A stretch of DNA of 64,000 nt from a virus. Its lineage: Duplodnaviria > Caudoviricetes. Position 1 is the stretch's first letter. Each line of letters starts with the position of its first letter. The position numbers were made by a program, and so were the translations under genes. Under the pieces are notes generated by a model. That model made no database searches and was not told the origin of the DNA. It worked only from the letters and a program-made list of their open reading frames with translations. The stretch spans positions 39,805-103,804 of the IMG/VR virus record IMGVR_UViG_2933279956_000001. One strand, written 5' to 3'. Shown piece by piece: positions 39,109 to 50,485 of the stretch.

Positions 39109-39539
39109 CTCCCAAGGACGGCGGGCTTGTTCTTGGAAGCGTAACCGCTGCCGGAAAACTCTCACCAGTGCAGGGAGTGGAAGCGGCGGGCGTGGCCGGC
39201 GATATCGGCGCGCGCGTATCCCCAGTCGGTGAACTGTTGAACCTGGCGCAGCAGCCGGAGCGCAGGCCGGGTGAAGCGCCGCTTGGTCGTGGCCGGGAGG
39301 TCGGTGATGCGGCCGGTGGGTAGCTGCTCGCGGGTGATGCCATGGAGGGCGAGCAGCTCGGCGACGATGCCGCCCTGTTCGTCGCCGGGTGGGGTGGCAC
39401 AGAGGACGTCCAGGTCGTCGAGCAGCCGGTCTGGGGTGATGCGTGGCGTCGTCAAGGCGAGCGTTTCTCCGGCGAGGTCGAGGTCAGAAGGAAACGGGGT
39501 CCTGGCCCGTGCAGGCGGGCCAGGACCCGGTAGGGGCAG

Positions 39540-39564
39540 CTGGTGATTACGACGTCATCACCAG
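39540..39564. promoter_or_regulatory. CTGGTGATTAC-GAC-GTCATCACCAG (parS candidate 3)
   Basis: One mismatch to core, extended arms. Confidence 0.55.
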
Positions 39565-40163
39565 GGCAGGCCGAGGGCGACGATGAGGGCCAGGTCGTCG
39601 GCGCCGGGGTTGCCTCGGGTGACAAGCTCGATCTTCGGCTGCTTCAGGTGCTTGAGGAGGACGCCGCGTAGTTCGCCGCGGGCGGTGTAGGCGAGCCGGT
39701 AGGAGGATGCCGGGAACGACACTGCGTACCAGGGGTCGGCTGCCTGCCCCGACCGGATGACGCCGTCGACGTTGTCGGCAGTCCAGCCGTCGCACAGGCA
39801 CAAAGGGTCGCCGCAGCGGCGGGCAGAGCGCGGTGTCTGCCGGTAGCGGTCGAGCCGGCCGGCGAGCATCGGGCAGGACTGGCGGCTGTAGTCGGCGCAC
39901 CAGCGATGCTGGGCAGGTTCGTTGATCCAGCCGCGCATCATGTCGGCGGGCCGCACCATGGCCACCGCGGTGTTGGTGGGCTTGCCCAGGGGTTCGCCGC
40001 ACAGCTGGCACAGCCCGGCGCGCAGGAACGTGGCCACCTTGTCGAAGTCGACTTCGCCGAGGATCGGGGTGTTGTCGCGGTGCCGGATGGTGATCGCCGG
40101 GATGAGGAGGCCGTTCCAGTGGGGCAGATGCCGCAGCTGGCGAGGGATCGGGGTCTCGTTCAT
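39558..40163 (-). CDS. Cys-rich actinophage-type protein
   Basis: LCQLCGEPL, EP..H..CA.YS...CPML. Confidence 0.65.
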   Translation of the reverse strand: MNETPIPRQLRHLPHWNGLLIPAITIRHRDNTPILGEVDFDKVATFLRAGLCQLCGEPLGKPTNTAVAMVRPADMMRGWINEPAQHRWCADYSRQSCPMLAGRLDRYRQTPRSARRCGDPLCLCDGWTADNVDGVIRSGQAADPWYAVSFPASSYRLAYTARGELRGVLLKHLKQPKIELVTRGNPGADDLALIVALGLPW

Positions 40164-41488
40164 GCCTGCGCCCCGCCCAGCTCATCGTCGCCGGTGAGGG
40201 ATTCCTGCCGGGCGGCGGCGTCCTCCTGCGCGGCCAGCTCGGCCGCGAGCTCGGCCACCTGTTCGCGCAGCTGGGCGGCGCGGTGTTCGTGGCGGGCTTG
40301 GCGGCCGGGGGCGTGGAAGCGGTCGTGGGCCGCCCTCAGCTGCTCGACGGCGGGTTGAGCGAGCCAGTGCTGCGTGAGGGAGTACACGATGGCACGCACG
40401 GTCTGTTCGGTCTTGGCGGGGACGCTGATGGAGGAGTAGCGGCCGAGCCTGCCGACCCACGGGCCGTGGCGGCCGTCCTCGGTGATGGTGTCGGCGTTGT
40501 AGGTGCCGTCGCCTGCCAGGGAGATGCCGTTGATGACGGGGGCGCCGCGTCGTAGCGCGCTGCCTTCTTGATGCCGGTGGGTTTCGTGGCCGGGGGCGGC
40601 GTCGCCGTACTGGACGCGCAGCTGGTTGCGCTGGCGTTGACCGCCGTGGGTGGATCGGTCGTATTCGAGCGCGTCGAGGCCGAGCCAGAACACGCCGATT
40701 TTCACGATGGCGTAGCGGGTGCGGCCGCTGTCGAGGTCCTGGGAGACGTGGACCGTCAGCAGGCGTGCGCCTTTGCCGCCCGGCTTGGGGATGCGGATTT
40801 TGAAGGTGTCGCTGCCTTCGACGCGGTCGCCGTCGCGGTAGGGGTCGGGGCCGAGTGCGGCCAGGATGGCTTCGGCGTCGAGGCCGCCGACTTTGCGCAG
40901 TTGCAGGTTGGCTTCGACGAGGACGTCGAACCGGGACGGGATCTGCCCGGAGTTCGGCGCGAACACCGGGCACTTCGCATGGCATGGCTGGCCCGGGTCG
41001 GAGCGGCACAGGATGCAGGAAGCGTCGGGCTTCGGCACCGTCTGGGACACGTCGAAGACGGGTTTGCCCACGTAGGCGCTCCGCCCCTTCTGGTCATCGC
41101 CGCTGTCGGGTGCAGGTTCCTGCTCGGGGTTCTTGTTGGCGCGCTTGCGCCGCTCGTGCAGCGCCATCACGTACAGCGGGCGCGCGCCGTCGACCACCTC
41201 GCGGCCTTCGCCGCTCCACCAGCGGGCGCCCTGGACGCGGGTGGCGTCCGGGTCCTGCACCCACAGCCGCATGCTGTTGGCGATGTTGTAGTGCGGAAAC
41301 TGGGCGGCGTACAGGCGGAACTCGTCGAGCAGGGCCGGATTGTCGCGGATCGCGGCCGCGGCCACTTTCCCGGCGGCGATGCTGGTGGCGTCGCCGAGCA
41401 TGGTCCGCTCGCGCCAGGCGGCCCACTCCTCGTCGGTCAGGTCAGCGCCTCGGCCGGTGTCGGGCTTGTTCAGGGGGATGCGCAGCAT
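40160..41488 (-). CDS. ArdC-like N-terminal ssDNA-binding domain protein
   Basis: F.HY...N....W.Q.PDATRV.G...W...GR.V..G; VFDVSQT. Confidence 0.75.
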   Translation of the reverse strand: MLRIPLNKPDTGRGADLTDEEWAAWRERTMLGDATSIAAGKVAAAAIRDNPALLDEFRLYAAQFPHYNIANSMRLWVQDPDATRVQGARWWSGEGREVVDGARPLYVMALHERRKRANKNPEQEPAPDSGDDQKGRSAYVGKPVFDVSQTVPKPDASCILCRSDPGQPCHAKCPVFAPNSGQIPSRFDVLVEANLQLRKVGGLDAEAILAALGPDPYRDGDRVEGSDTFKIRIPKPGGKGARLLTVHVSQDLDSGRTRYAIVKIGVFWLGLDALEYDRSTHGGQRQRNQLRVQYGDAAPGHETHRHQEGSALRRGAPVINGISLAGDGTYNADTITEDGRHGPWVGRLGRYSSISVPAKTEQTVRAIVYSLTQHWLAQPAVEQLRAAHDRFHAPGRQARHEHRAAQLREQVAELAAELAAQEDAAARQESLTGDDELGGAQA

Positions 41489-41573
41489 GAAGCCGCACCT
41501 CTTTCTGGTCTTGGTTTCGGGTGAAAGGGGGGCTGCTGGGCCCGCCCGGGGTCGGGACGGGCCCAGCAGGGGG

Positions 41574-42614
41574 TTACGCGTAGGGGTTGGGGCCGAACAG
41601 GCCCTCGGCAACTTCGGCGACGCCGTCGAGGTCAAGGTCGCCCGCGAACAGGTCAAGCTCGGTCGCATCGTCGGTGGGCAGGCCAAGCAGGCGGGCGGCG
41701 CGGACGGCGGCGTGCACCACAGGCTGCGCCGAGGACACCGAACGGTCGAGATCGCTGAGCAGCCGGACGGCGTCGGCAGGGTCGTCCTCGACGGCGACCA
41801 CGAACGCACCGACCGAGGTGCCTGGCTGCCCGGCCCAGTGGCCTCCGGTCAGCTGGCACACCCAGCCGGCCAGGCACATGCTCGTGGAGCAGCGCCAGTC
41901 GCACTGGTGGTGGGTGATCTCGCCGGGGTTGAGGGAGCCGGGGTCCGGGAGGGTGCGCATGAAGGTGATGACGGCCCAGGCCAGGTGGCCGCCTTGCAGA
42001 TGGGACAGGTCTGGGTAGGACGGGCAAGCCACAGTTGTTGTCATGACAACCTTTCGGAGCGGAGGGGTTCAGGTGGGCAGGATGCGGGCCAGGGTGTACC
42101 GGCTGCGCTTCAGCTGGCTGTCGGAGGACGGCATGTGTGTCCACGTCTTCACCAGGACGTGGCCGATGGTGTCGCTGGGCTCGGCGTCGACGGCCTGCTG
42201 CAGGTACTCGTACGCCTCGACCTTGCGGGTGAACAGGCGGGCACCGAGGGGTGAGCCGACGTGGGCGATGGCGTCGTCGATGCTCTCGGGCAGCCACGGG
42301 ATGCCGTCGCTGTACCAGCGCCACAGCTTGCCGTTGCGCATGCAGCCGTACACGGTGGTCGTGGCCACGTGCAGCCGCCGCGCTGGCGTGGCCGCGCCGG
42401 TGACGTCGTCGTCGCGTTCCCACACGTGGATCTCGTGGCCGCGCCGGAAGTTGCGGTTCGGGCAGTCGCCCAGCAGGACGAGCGTGAGGAGACGTTCGCC
42501 GCCGCGGTAGGCGTGGGGGTGGCTGACGTCGACGATTTCGGCGGTGACGCGGTGGCCGCCCGCGGTGTTGGTGGTGTAGCGGGCGAAGCCGCCTGGACGC
42601 GGGTTAGTGATCAC
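41574..42614 (-). other. two hypothetical genes (41574-42044, 42069-42614)
   Basis: Natural ORFs; the first has the phage motif C.T.MCLAGW. Confidence 0.55.
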
Positions 42615-42972
42615 GGTCGGCTGCCGTCAGGGGGACGCTGTGGTTGGTGGCCGTTGCCTGCTTGATGCGCTTCTCACACACAGGCCCGATCGCCTTGGCA
42701 ATCGAGTCTTCGCGGGTGAGGGATCTGCCGCACATACAGCAAAAGTGGTGTTGCTCGCCGAACGCGACAGCGTCCTCCAGCGTGATGTGCATGTCCTGCC
42801 GGAGCCGGTCGATCACATCGAAGGTGACCATGCGGCGGTAGAGCTTGCCGCGGCGGACTTCGAGGCGCTTGATGTTCTGGCGGCCGGCGTAGTAGCGGCT
42901 GGGCTTGACGGCGTACAGGCGGCCGTCGAGTTTGTAGACGCCGGGAGTGAGTGACGTCTGTGCGATGGTCAC
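42604..42972 (-). CDS. DUF6011-like Zn-binding protein
   Basis: CCMCGRSLT...SI...IGPVC. Confidence 0.75.
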   Translation of the reverse strand: MTIAQTSLTPGVYKLDGRLYAVKPSRYYAGRQNIKRLEVRRGKLYRRMVTFDVIDRLRQDMHITLEDAVAFGEQHHFCCMCGRSLTREDSIAKAIGPVCEKRIKQATATNHSVPLTAADRDH

Positions 42973-43047
42973 GGGAGTGAGGCCCCCTCTTCGGGTCGGG
43001 CTGGCGTTCGAGGTAGGGGTGCGGGCGCAGAGGCTGGGCCCGCACCG

Positions 43048-43066
43048 GTGATTACGGCGTAATCAG
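43048..43066. promoter_or_regulatory. GTGATTAC-GGC-GTAATCAG (parS candidate 4)
   Basis: One mismatch to core. Confidence 0.55.
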
Positions 43067-45214
43067 ATGAGGCCCATCCGCAGCAGCGGCGACATACACC
43101 CCTGCGGGCAGCTGCCGTCAAGCTCGATCGTGTGGGCGTGCGGGCAGGTGACGGTGTCGCCGTCGGTGGTCCAGCCGTCGGGCAGCAACTTTTCGAGCTC
43201 GTCGGCGAAGTCGTTGACGTCCATGCCGTCAGGCGGCGCAGGACTTGGCGGCCTGGGCTGCCAGGTGGCGTTGGTAGGTGGCCAGGGACGCCTTCACGTA
43301 CGGGTCGCAGTTGTTGAATGTCAGCTCGGGGCCGCTCCGGAAGGTGTGAACCCAGGCGTCGAACGAGATGGGGGCGTAGTAGCCGTCCGACATCGACAGG
43401 CCGTAGGCGACGTAGCCGCTGTAGGCGGCCTGCTCGAAGGCGGCCGGTTCGAAGAGGTCGCCGAGCAGTTCGGTGATGCCGTCGCGGTGGTGGACGCGAA
43501 CCGGCTGGTCTTGCGTTGCGGCTTGGGTGAGGGCGGCTTCGTACGTGAGGGCGTACGGCGACTCCATCCACCAGGATTTCGGGTCGCGGTTGGTGGGCTC
43601 GATCTCGGTGATGACGAAGCGGGTGCCGGTGTGTGCGGCGGTGTACCGCTGGTAGGTGGTCATGCTGGCCTCCTGGGCGTGGGCTTGGTTTCGGGTGGGG
43701 CCGCGCCCGCTGGGGTGAGCGGGTGCGGAGTGGGTGGGCGTCGTCAGCGGCCGGGGGTGACGTCGTTCTGTACGGCCGTCATCGCTTCGCGCAGGCTCAG
43801 TCCTTCTTGGAGGGCGCGGGCGACGGCTTCGGCCGCGAGGTTCGGCCCCCACAGCGGGAGGGTCTGAATGAGTGTGAGGAGCGCCTGGCGGACGTGGCCG
43901 TGCGGGCCGGGGTCGCAGGCGAGGCGCTGGTCGTTGGCGCGGTTGAGGTCGCGCAGCAGGGCGAGCATGGCGTCGCCGAGCTGCTCGGTTGTGGGTGCGG
44001 CGGCTGGGGTTTGGGTGGACATCGGTGGGGTGCCCTTCTAGTGGCCGGTGGTGGAGCAGGTGGGCTTGTTGTCGCTGCGGCCGGTGGCGTGGGCGTCGCA
44101 GGTGCGGCAGAACGTCCGCCGGGCGATGTCGTCGGCTGCGTCCTCGATGGCGTCGCACGCGGCTGCGAGCACGTGCTGGGCCAGCGGCTCCGCCAGCTGG
44201 TTGAGGTCGGTCACGCCGCTGGCCTCGGCGCGGTTGCGGGCGGCGGTTTGTGCGGCGATGCTGACCTGCTCGTGGACGTCGTACGCGCTGACGTTGTACA
44301 CGCTGGGGTCGCCGATCATGCTGCAGGCGCTGACGATGGCGCGGTCCAGGGCTTCGGCGAAGCCCTGGCCGTCCATGAGCGCGGACCGGCCGGTCAGATA
44401 GCACGGCTCCGGCTTCCCGTTGAGGTAGGTGACGGGGCTGAGTACGGCGGCCGGGTCGGCGGGAGTGACCTCGCGCTGAGTGGCGTCCGGGGCGGCGTCA
44501 CCGTTGACGACGACGGTCCAGCCGTGCGCCTGGAGAATGTCGGCGAGATGCGGAGTGGGCTCGTCGGTGGGGACGCCGGTGTCGATGACGGCGACCAGGC
44601 GCGGCTCGGGGAACAGCTCTGCGTCCGCGACATCCGCGACAGCGACGGCGACGACGTGGTGGGTGGCGGGGATGGCGGCGTTGTTGAGGTCGATTGCGAT
44701 CGCGCCGTCGTCGTAGGCGACGGCGAGGTATCGGGTAGTCATGGCGGTGGCTCCGTGGTGACTGTCCCGGGACGCGATGGACTTGCGCCCCGGGAAGATT
44801 TTTTGATTGCGGTTTTGCTTCCGTGATTTATAGGCTTTGAGCGTGGTACAGCTCGTGGGACTTCGCGAGGATTCGAGCCTGCGCCTGATTGCAGTCGTAC
44901 CTGCCTGGCAGCAGCACCCAGCCTTCCTCCAGCATCTGCTTGTGGTGGCTGTCGAGGAAATCCTCCAGGGTGCCGTCAGATCCTCCGAGGTAGAGGTCGC
45001 CCCACCACAAGTCGTTCTCGTCGTAGTGCTCCAGTGCGCCAGCGGCGCAGAAGTCTGTGTCAGCGCGGGTGCCTGTGAACTCGATCGCCGCGACCGTTCC
45101 GTCCTGGGTGACGTCGCCCCAGGCGTCGAGGGTTCCAGGGGTCGCTATGTCTAGGTGCTGGATCTCGATCCCGAGAGCTGATTCGGTGTTGCGGGTGTAG
45201 AGCCGGGCGATCAT
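43063..45214 (-). other. cluster of small hypothetical genes (43063-43224, 43229-43663, 43744-44022, 44038-44742, 44828-45214)
   Basis: Co-oriented natural ORFs, several with RBSs; 43063-43224 (53 aa, Cys-rich) translated by hand. Confidence 0.55.
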
Positions 45215-45459
45215 TGCCGCTCCATTCGGGGGTGTCCGCGTGTAGGTCGGGGAGTAACGCGACTGATCCTTACATGGGTCAATGCATTTTCGCAATGACT
45301 CTTGGAAGGATGCTTGTACGCGTCTCAGAGCGTCCCTGACGCGACCACCCGCACCACTGACCCCATCACCCCAGACACCCTCTGAAACTCCCGCAGCGAC
45401 CAGCACAGAGCGACACTTTCGCGCGGAAGAGCACGACGGAATCGAACAGAACAGCGGAT

Positions 45460-46272
45460 CTACGAAGCCTTGTCGTCCGCCGCCGCTGCCGCCTCCGCGG
45501 CCGGCGGCGTCATCATCGCGCGGAGCACCTGGCCCGCCAGCTCTGCCCGGTGCTCGTCGGGCAGCTCCTTCAGTGCCGCCGTATAGAACCGCTCGGTTGC
45601 TAGGTACCGCGAGAACTCCAGTGGCTGGTTGAAATACGCCCGCAAGTGGCTCGCTGTCGACTCCTGAGAGCGGACGAACGTCCGGCCCACGTACGCGCCG
45701 AACGCCGCGGCGGTCGCGCCGAGGGCGCCAGTAACGATCGCGGTCGACGTGGTCGTGGCCGTTATCGCCAGGTAGGCGAACACGGCCAGTAGGAGGAACC
45801 CGGTGACCATGGCGAACTGAGCGTTCCGGAAGCTGCGGCGGGCCTGCGAGGTGGCGATCTCGTGGTAGTAGTCCAGCCGCTTGTGGGTGACGTCCCAGAG
45901 CGTTCGGAGCGACAGGGCTTCCTCACGCGCGAGCGAGGCTTCTGCTGCGCGCAAGAGACGAACTGACCTTTCTGCGCGGCGGCGCTCGCGTACCTGCTCG
46001 ACCAGGACGAAGACGACCACGAGGAAGACGCCCAGCGCGACCACACCGATGATGAAGACGACGATTGCGGTGAAGTCCGCTGGATTGGCCTGCGCCGTCA
46101 TAGACGGTGAAGATCCGCCGAACACGTCGGAGAGCCTGAACGTGACGAAGATGATGAACGCAACTACCACGACGCCGGCCAATAGCATCGCCGCAGTCAA
46201 CACCCACGGCGGCCCTTCATCATGCGTGCGGAGCTGCTCTAAGGGCTCGTCCCCCGTGCGCTCATCAGCCAT
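45460..46272 (-). CDS. multi-TM membrane protein (TRADD-N-associated TM domain-like)
   Basis: YHEIATSQARRSF..A......GF..L followed by two TMs. Confidence 0.6.
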   Translation of the reverse strand: MADERTGDEPLEQLRTHDEGPPWVLTAAMLLAGVVVVAFIIFVTFRLSDVFGGSSPSMTAQANPADFTAIVVFIIGVVALGVFLVVVFVLVEQVRERRRAERSVRLLRAAEASLAREEALSLRTLWDVTHKRLDYYHEIATSQARRSFRNAQFAMVTGFLLLAVFAYLAITATTTSTAIVTGALGATAAAFGAYVGRTFVRSQESTASHLRAYFNQPLEFSRYLATERFYTAALKELPDEHRAELAGQVLRAMMTPPAAEAAAAADDKAS

Positions 46273-46483
46273 ACGAACAACGTATCTGCCGACCGCCAAC
46301 TCAGTTCCGCAGAATCGCGGAATCTACGTCGTAAAGGGCATCTGGACATGCTTGTTGTCTCCGTCCAAAAACCAACCGTTCGACGACGATCAGAGCTCTG
46401 ACCTGCGGTGATGCCGTCATAGGGAGGGACGAGTACCGCCTGCGGCGGGACCGGACTCCGGTAGGTGTGCGCTCACTGCACCC

Positions 46484-47086
46484 TTACAAAGTAGATTCGC
46501 GAGATTGCGCGCGCTCACGCTCCAGCCGCGCACGAGTCCTCGCCCGAGCCAGAGCCACCGTCTGCGGAGACACCGGTTCATCCTCGACCGGCGGTTCCCA
46601 GTCCTTCTCCGCGATCACACCGTCCGCGATAGCAGCAGCAGCCTGCTGATCCCGGCGCTCCCGCTCCCACCGGTCGGCGGGCTTACGTTCGACCTCCTGT
46701 GGCTGCGGGGCCTGCATGCTCCGCGCGGCCGCCGGCGACGCGGCGGCCAGCATCTGGCGTGCCCGTTGAGCATGCTGGGCCTGTCTGCCGCTTCTCGTCG
46801 CCCGCATCGCGTCCACCTCGGCCGCGCGCTTGGCCTGCTGCTGACGCATCTGGGCTGACTGCTGCGTCACCACCGCTGTACGAGGAGCCCGCGGTTGTCC
46901 GTGCCCGTCTACCCAGGCCGACAGCCGGTGCGTGGCCCAGTCGTGGGTGCCGTGCGCGAACGCGCTGTTCAGCCATGGGCTGCCGTCGGGCCTCGTGTTC
47001 AGGGCATGTAGCACGTCCGCGACGGTCCACCCCGCTCGAAGGAACGGCTGGGCAGCGTCCTGCGCCCATCGAGGGACGTCGTTCAT
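46484..47086 (-). CDS. protein resembling the C-terminal domain of the adjacent Rep
   Basis: GWTVADVLHALNTRPDG..W...RL..W.D..GQ shared with Rep. Confidence 0.6.
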   Translation of the reverse strand: MNDVPRWAQDAAQPFLRAGWTVADVLHALNTRPDGSPWLNSAFAHGTHDWATHRLSAWVDGHGQPRAPRTAVVTQQSAQMRQQQAKRAAEVDAMRATRSGRQAQHAQRARQMLAAASPAAARSMQAPQPQEVERKPADRWERERRDQQAAAAIADGVIAEKDWEPPVEDEPVSPQTVALARARTRARLERERAQSRESTL

Positions 47087-48435
47087 GTCGTTCCTCCGTA
47101 GCGGCTCAGATAGGCGCGTCGTTCGGCTTGCTCGGCGCGTACTCGCGCGCGCTGAGCCTCGACGGCCTGGCGGAACGCCTCGTTCGGTGTCACCGGCACC
47201 GTCGCCTCCGGGGGACAGGGCGCCAGCGCCTCTGCTCTGCTCATCTGCGGCTCCAGAGGGATCGGCCCGCCAGCGGCGGCCCGCCTCATGACCTCCTGAC
47301 TCGCACGCCATGCTGCCTGGTCAGCGCGGCGTCGCGCGGCGGCCGCCGCCGCGATCTGAGAGGGCCACGGCTGCGTCAGCTGGCCGTCGTCGTCACACCA
47401 GAGGTTGAGCCGGGCGCGGAACCGGGAACGTAGGATCCGGATGCGGGCGGACTTCGGCAGCGAGCCGAGTCCGTCGGTGATCGACCCCCACCGGTCGCCG
47501 CCGGGACGGACGTTCAGGGCGTGCTCGATGTCGCGCACCGTCGCGCCGGTGGTCACCTCGTGGCGGGTCAGGGACCGCAGATCCCGCACCGACAGGTCTT
47601 TGAAGAGCCCGTTGTCGGTCTTGAGCCGTTCACACAACCGCAGCGCGTCGGCCCTGGTTGTCGCGGAGACCGTGGAGGGCCACGACGGAGTCGGTTCCGT
47701 GATGACGGAGGCCTCGCGCGGGCCTGCGTGACGGCCAAGATCCGTGAAAACCTTAAGATCAACGGCGGGAACGCAAGTTTCATCCACAGGGGCTTTGACC
47801 AGGTAGAACGTGGGACGTTCGGAAAGCGTCTCGCAGGGCCACGGGTGCTCCTCATCGAGGGCCTGGGCGTCGAGCTCGGCCTCGCGGACAGCGACGGCGT
47901 CGAGGGCGTCGGCCTCGTACAGCGCCGCCAGGAGGTCGTCGGGGACGATGGCCACGTACTCGCCCGCGAGATGGCCCAGCGTGTCGGCCTCGCGCTCCTC
48001 CTTCGTGCGGTTGCGGGACTCCGGCGTCGACCCCGGCGTGACGACGCCGATCAGGCCGGCGCGGCGCGCCCAGGTGAAGCGATCGCTGATGGTGCGGAGC
48101 GACACGCCGACCTCGGCCGCGAATTTCTCCCAGGTGAAGCCGGGCAGGGTGACGCGGTCGGCGCCGAGGTTGAGGGCGAGCTGCCACAGGAAGCGGCGGG
48201 TGTTGGCCGTCCAGTGGGCGCGGCGGCATTCGCCGTCGACCAGGTGAAATCCGAGGTCGAGCCACACCGCGAGGGAGGGCGCGACCTGGTGCCCGTCCGG
48301 GACGGGAGACTCCTCGACGGGCCCGCGGGGGGCGGGTTCGGAGGGTGTTTTGGGCGCGGCTGACCGACACGCCGGAATTTCGGAGTCCGGGCATGCTGGG
48401 ATGGCCGCCTGGCTCCGTGTTATTGTCGGCTCCAA
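47083..48435 (-). CDS. putative plasmid replication initiator (wHTH)
   Basis: TWEKFAAEVGVSLRTI..RF.W.RRAGLIGVV.PGST wHTH; internal lower-GC patch with DnaA-box-like TCATCCACA near 47780. Confidence 0.6.
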   Translation of the reverse strand: MEPTITRSQAAIPACPDSEIPACRSAAPKTPSEPAPRGPVEESPVPDGHQVAPSLAVWLDLGFHLVDGECRRAHWTANTRRFLWQLALNLGADRVTLPGFTWEKFAAEVGVSLRTISDRFTWARRAGLIGVVTPGSTPESRNRTKEEREADTLGHLAGEYVAIVPDDLLAALYEADALDAVAVREAELDAQALDEEHPWPCETLSERPTFYLVKAPVDETCVPAVDLKVFTDLGRHAGPREASVITEPTPSWPSTVSATTRADALRLCERLKTDNGLFKDLSVRDLRSLTRHEVTTGATVRDIEHALNVRPGGDRWGSITDGLGSLPKSARIRILRSRFRARLNLWCDDDGQLTQPWPSQIAAAAAARRRADQAAWRASQEVMRRAAAGGPIPLEPQMSRAEALAPCPPEATVPVTPNEAFRQAVEAQRARVRAEQAERRAYLSRYGGTT

Positions 48436-48744
48436 GCGTGAGTTGGATTTTGCGCGCAGAAAGCCCCGGCATCCGGCCGGAGCCGATGCCTGTGAACGCC
48501 AAAGACGCGCGTGGCTATGCAGTTAGGGGTCGTGCTCAGAGCAAAGGGCCGCCTCCTCGGGCGTGGTCGAACAATTGAATGAATCAGGAAGCCGGACCGG
48601 CGACTTTGCCGCTCAGCTCACGAGGTTGGCCGCCAAGTGGGAGCTGAACGATCTGGTCGTCTGTCGCGACGTTCGCGAGGGGCCCCGCTCTGCGGGGCTC
48701 TTCTCATGTCTGGGGGCTGTTCTCCTTTCGCGCCAGCCGTACAG

Positions 48745-48990
48745 CTAGGCGGCTGCCATGGCATCGTCCATGGCATCGTCGAGGGGGAGTTCCTGCTGAG
48801 ACTCCTCGGGAGACAGCGAGCTGCCGAGACCGAGTGCCATCGCAATGAGCTCCTCGGCGACACGGGCCTGTGACATGCCGGTGCCCGCGTGGAGCTCCCG
48901 GATGGCTTCCTCGACCTCGGGACGCGTGAAGGACAGCGAGAGACGCCGACGCAGGATCGTGCGCTCCGGCCCAGGCTTGCTTACGCTCAT
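48745..48990 (-). CDS. small RHH/CopG-like protein
   Basis: Beta strand-helix-helix pattern, upstream of rep. Confidence 0.5.
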   Translation of the reverse strand: MSVSKPGPERTILRRRLSLSFTRPEVEEAIRELHAGTGMSQARVAEELIAMALGLGSSLSPEESQQELPLDDAMDDAMAAA

Positions 48991-50485
48991 GGTCGCCTAT
49001 CCTGGCGCAACTGTGATTCATGATTCCAGCACCTTTGCGGCGTGTCGCGCGAGCACTTTCAGCGACTTCGATCATCACAGGTGCCCGTCTCTGCGCATGC
49101 GCACCACCCCCGGACTGGCCAAAGGGTCCACTACGGACGACAGCGTCACGATCCATGCCCTCCGTCCCAGATGATCCATCACGTCAGAGATGACCGGAAC
49201 TCTATCGGGTCCTGCGGAAATTCGGCCAGTCCTCAACCCATGAAACCGCAGAACCCGATAGAACCAATCATCCGATCATCTGCTCTCCGGACGAATCCCG
49301 TTCCAGGTGATCATCTCCGGGCGATGCTCCCGCGCCAGCCTCTGCGCAGCCACCTCCGCATGGGCCGCCTGCCTGAACGGGCGACTACGCGCGGCCTCCT
49401 CCGCAGACGGCCCGTACTCGGCCGCGGACCATTCCTCAGTGCCCCCCGGATCCCGCACATCCCGGCAGATGATCTTCTCGACCTGCCATCCAACCTCGTA
49501 CGTGCGGGCACCCGTCCGCTGGCCGTAGAAGTAGACCGTCACCACGGCCCCCGGCCGCTCCCGCGCCGTGTACCGGACGCTGTACGACGGCGTCGCCTGC
49601 ACGTCCCCACCCACCTCGCCGGCGTCGTGGAGGACGCCGCGGGTGTCCGTGTCACGGCTGAACACCTTCAGCCACCGCGGCCGCGGCGTGTCGCCGGCCT
49701 TCACTGCGGCCCCCGACGCACCCAGAAGACGCACTCCTGGCCAGGGCGCTGGATGACGACGTCGTGGTGCAGGCGATGCGCCCGCACCATCACCGTCGTG
49801 CCCGCGGCAACGATCGACTCGATCTCGCCCACATCAGCGCTACGCCGCGGCCCCCGCCGGGAGCACAGCCGCACCGTCCCATCCGCGTGTGCGCCCCGCC
49901 ACAGCAGACGCACCGCCTCCGTCTTGCCTACCGCCTCGCCTACCGCCTCGGTCCCGGTGATGAGAGCGCCGACGTTGGACAAGACAGCGCGCAAGGCTGC
50001 CATCCGCTCGCCCATCAGATGCGGCCCTCCAGGGCGCTGACGCGCTCCTTCAGCTTCTCGATCTCCTCGCTCAGGCCCTGAGCCGACTGCATCCGGGCGG
50101 CGGCCGCCGCAGCCGCCGCGTTCTGACGGTACGCCTGCGCCTTAGCGGTCAGCCCGCAGTCATCCCAACTGGCTGCCTGTTTGATCAGGTCGTCGACCGT
50201 GGCCCACAGGTTCGGTTCCATCCAGATCCCCTTTCTCGGGTCGCGAACCTCTCGGGGAGGGGGTGTCGGGCCGGGAGGTTCGACCGGCCCGACACCCGTG
50301 AGCAGCCGCCAGCGATTACCGCGAGCGGACGACCTTCGTGGGGTGTGCGGCAGTACGCCACGACTCGCGCTCCGACTGCAGCGGCGCCCGGCACTCTGGG
50401 CAGCACGCCAGCCGGTACGGCGCCAGCTCCACCTCCACGTCCCGGCTCTTGACCGGGCACCAGACGACAACCGCGAGGCGGCCCA

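Noticed and set aside
5936-49221. Recurrent TTCCGCAG motif in several intergenic regions (about 5938, 20220, 46305, 49212) as a global operator
   Set aside because: A short 8-mer expected a few times by chance in 64 kb; needs a formal enrichment test
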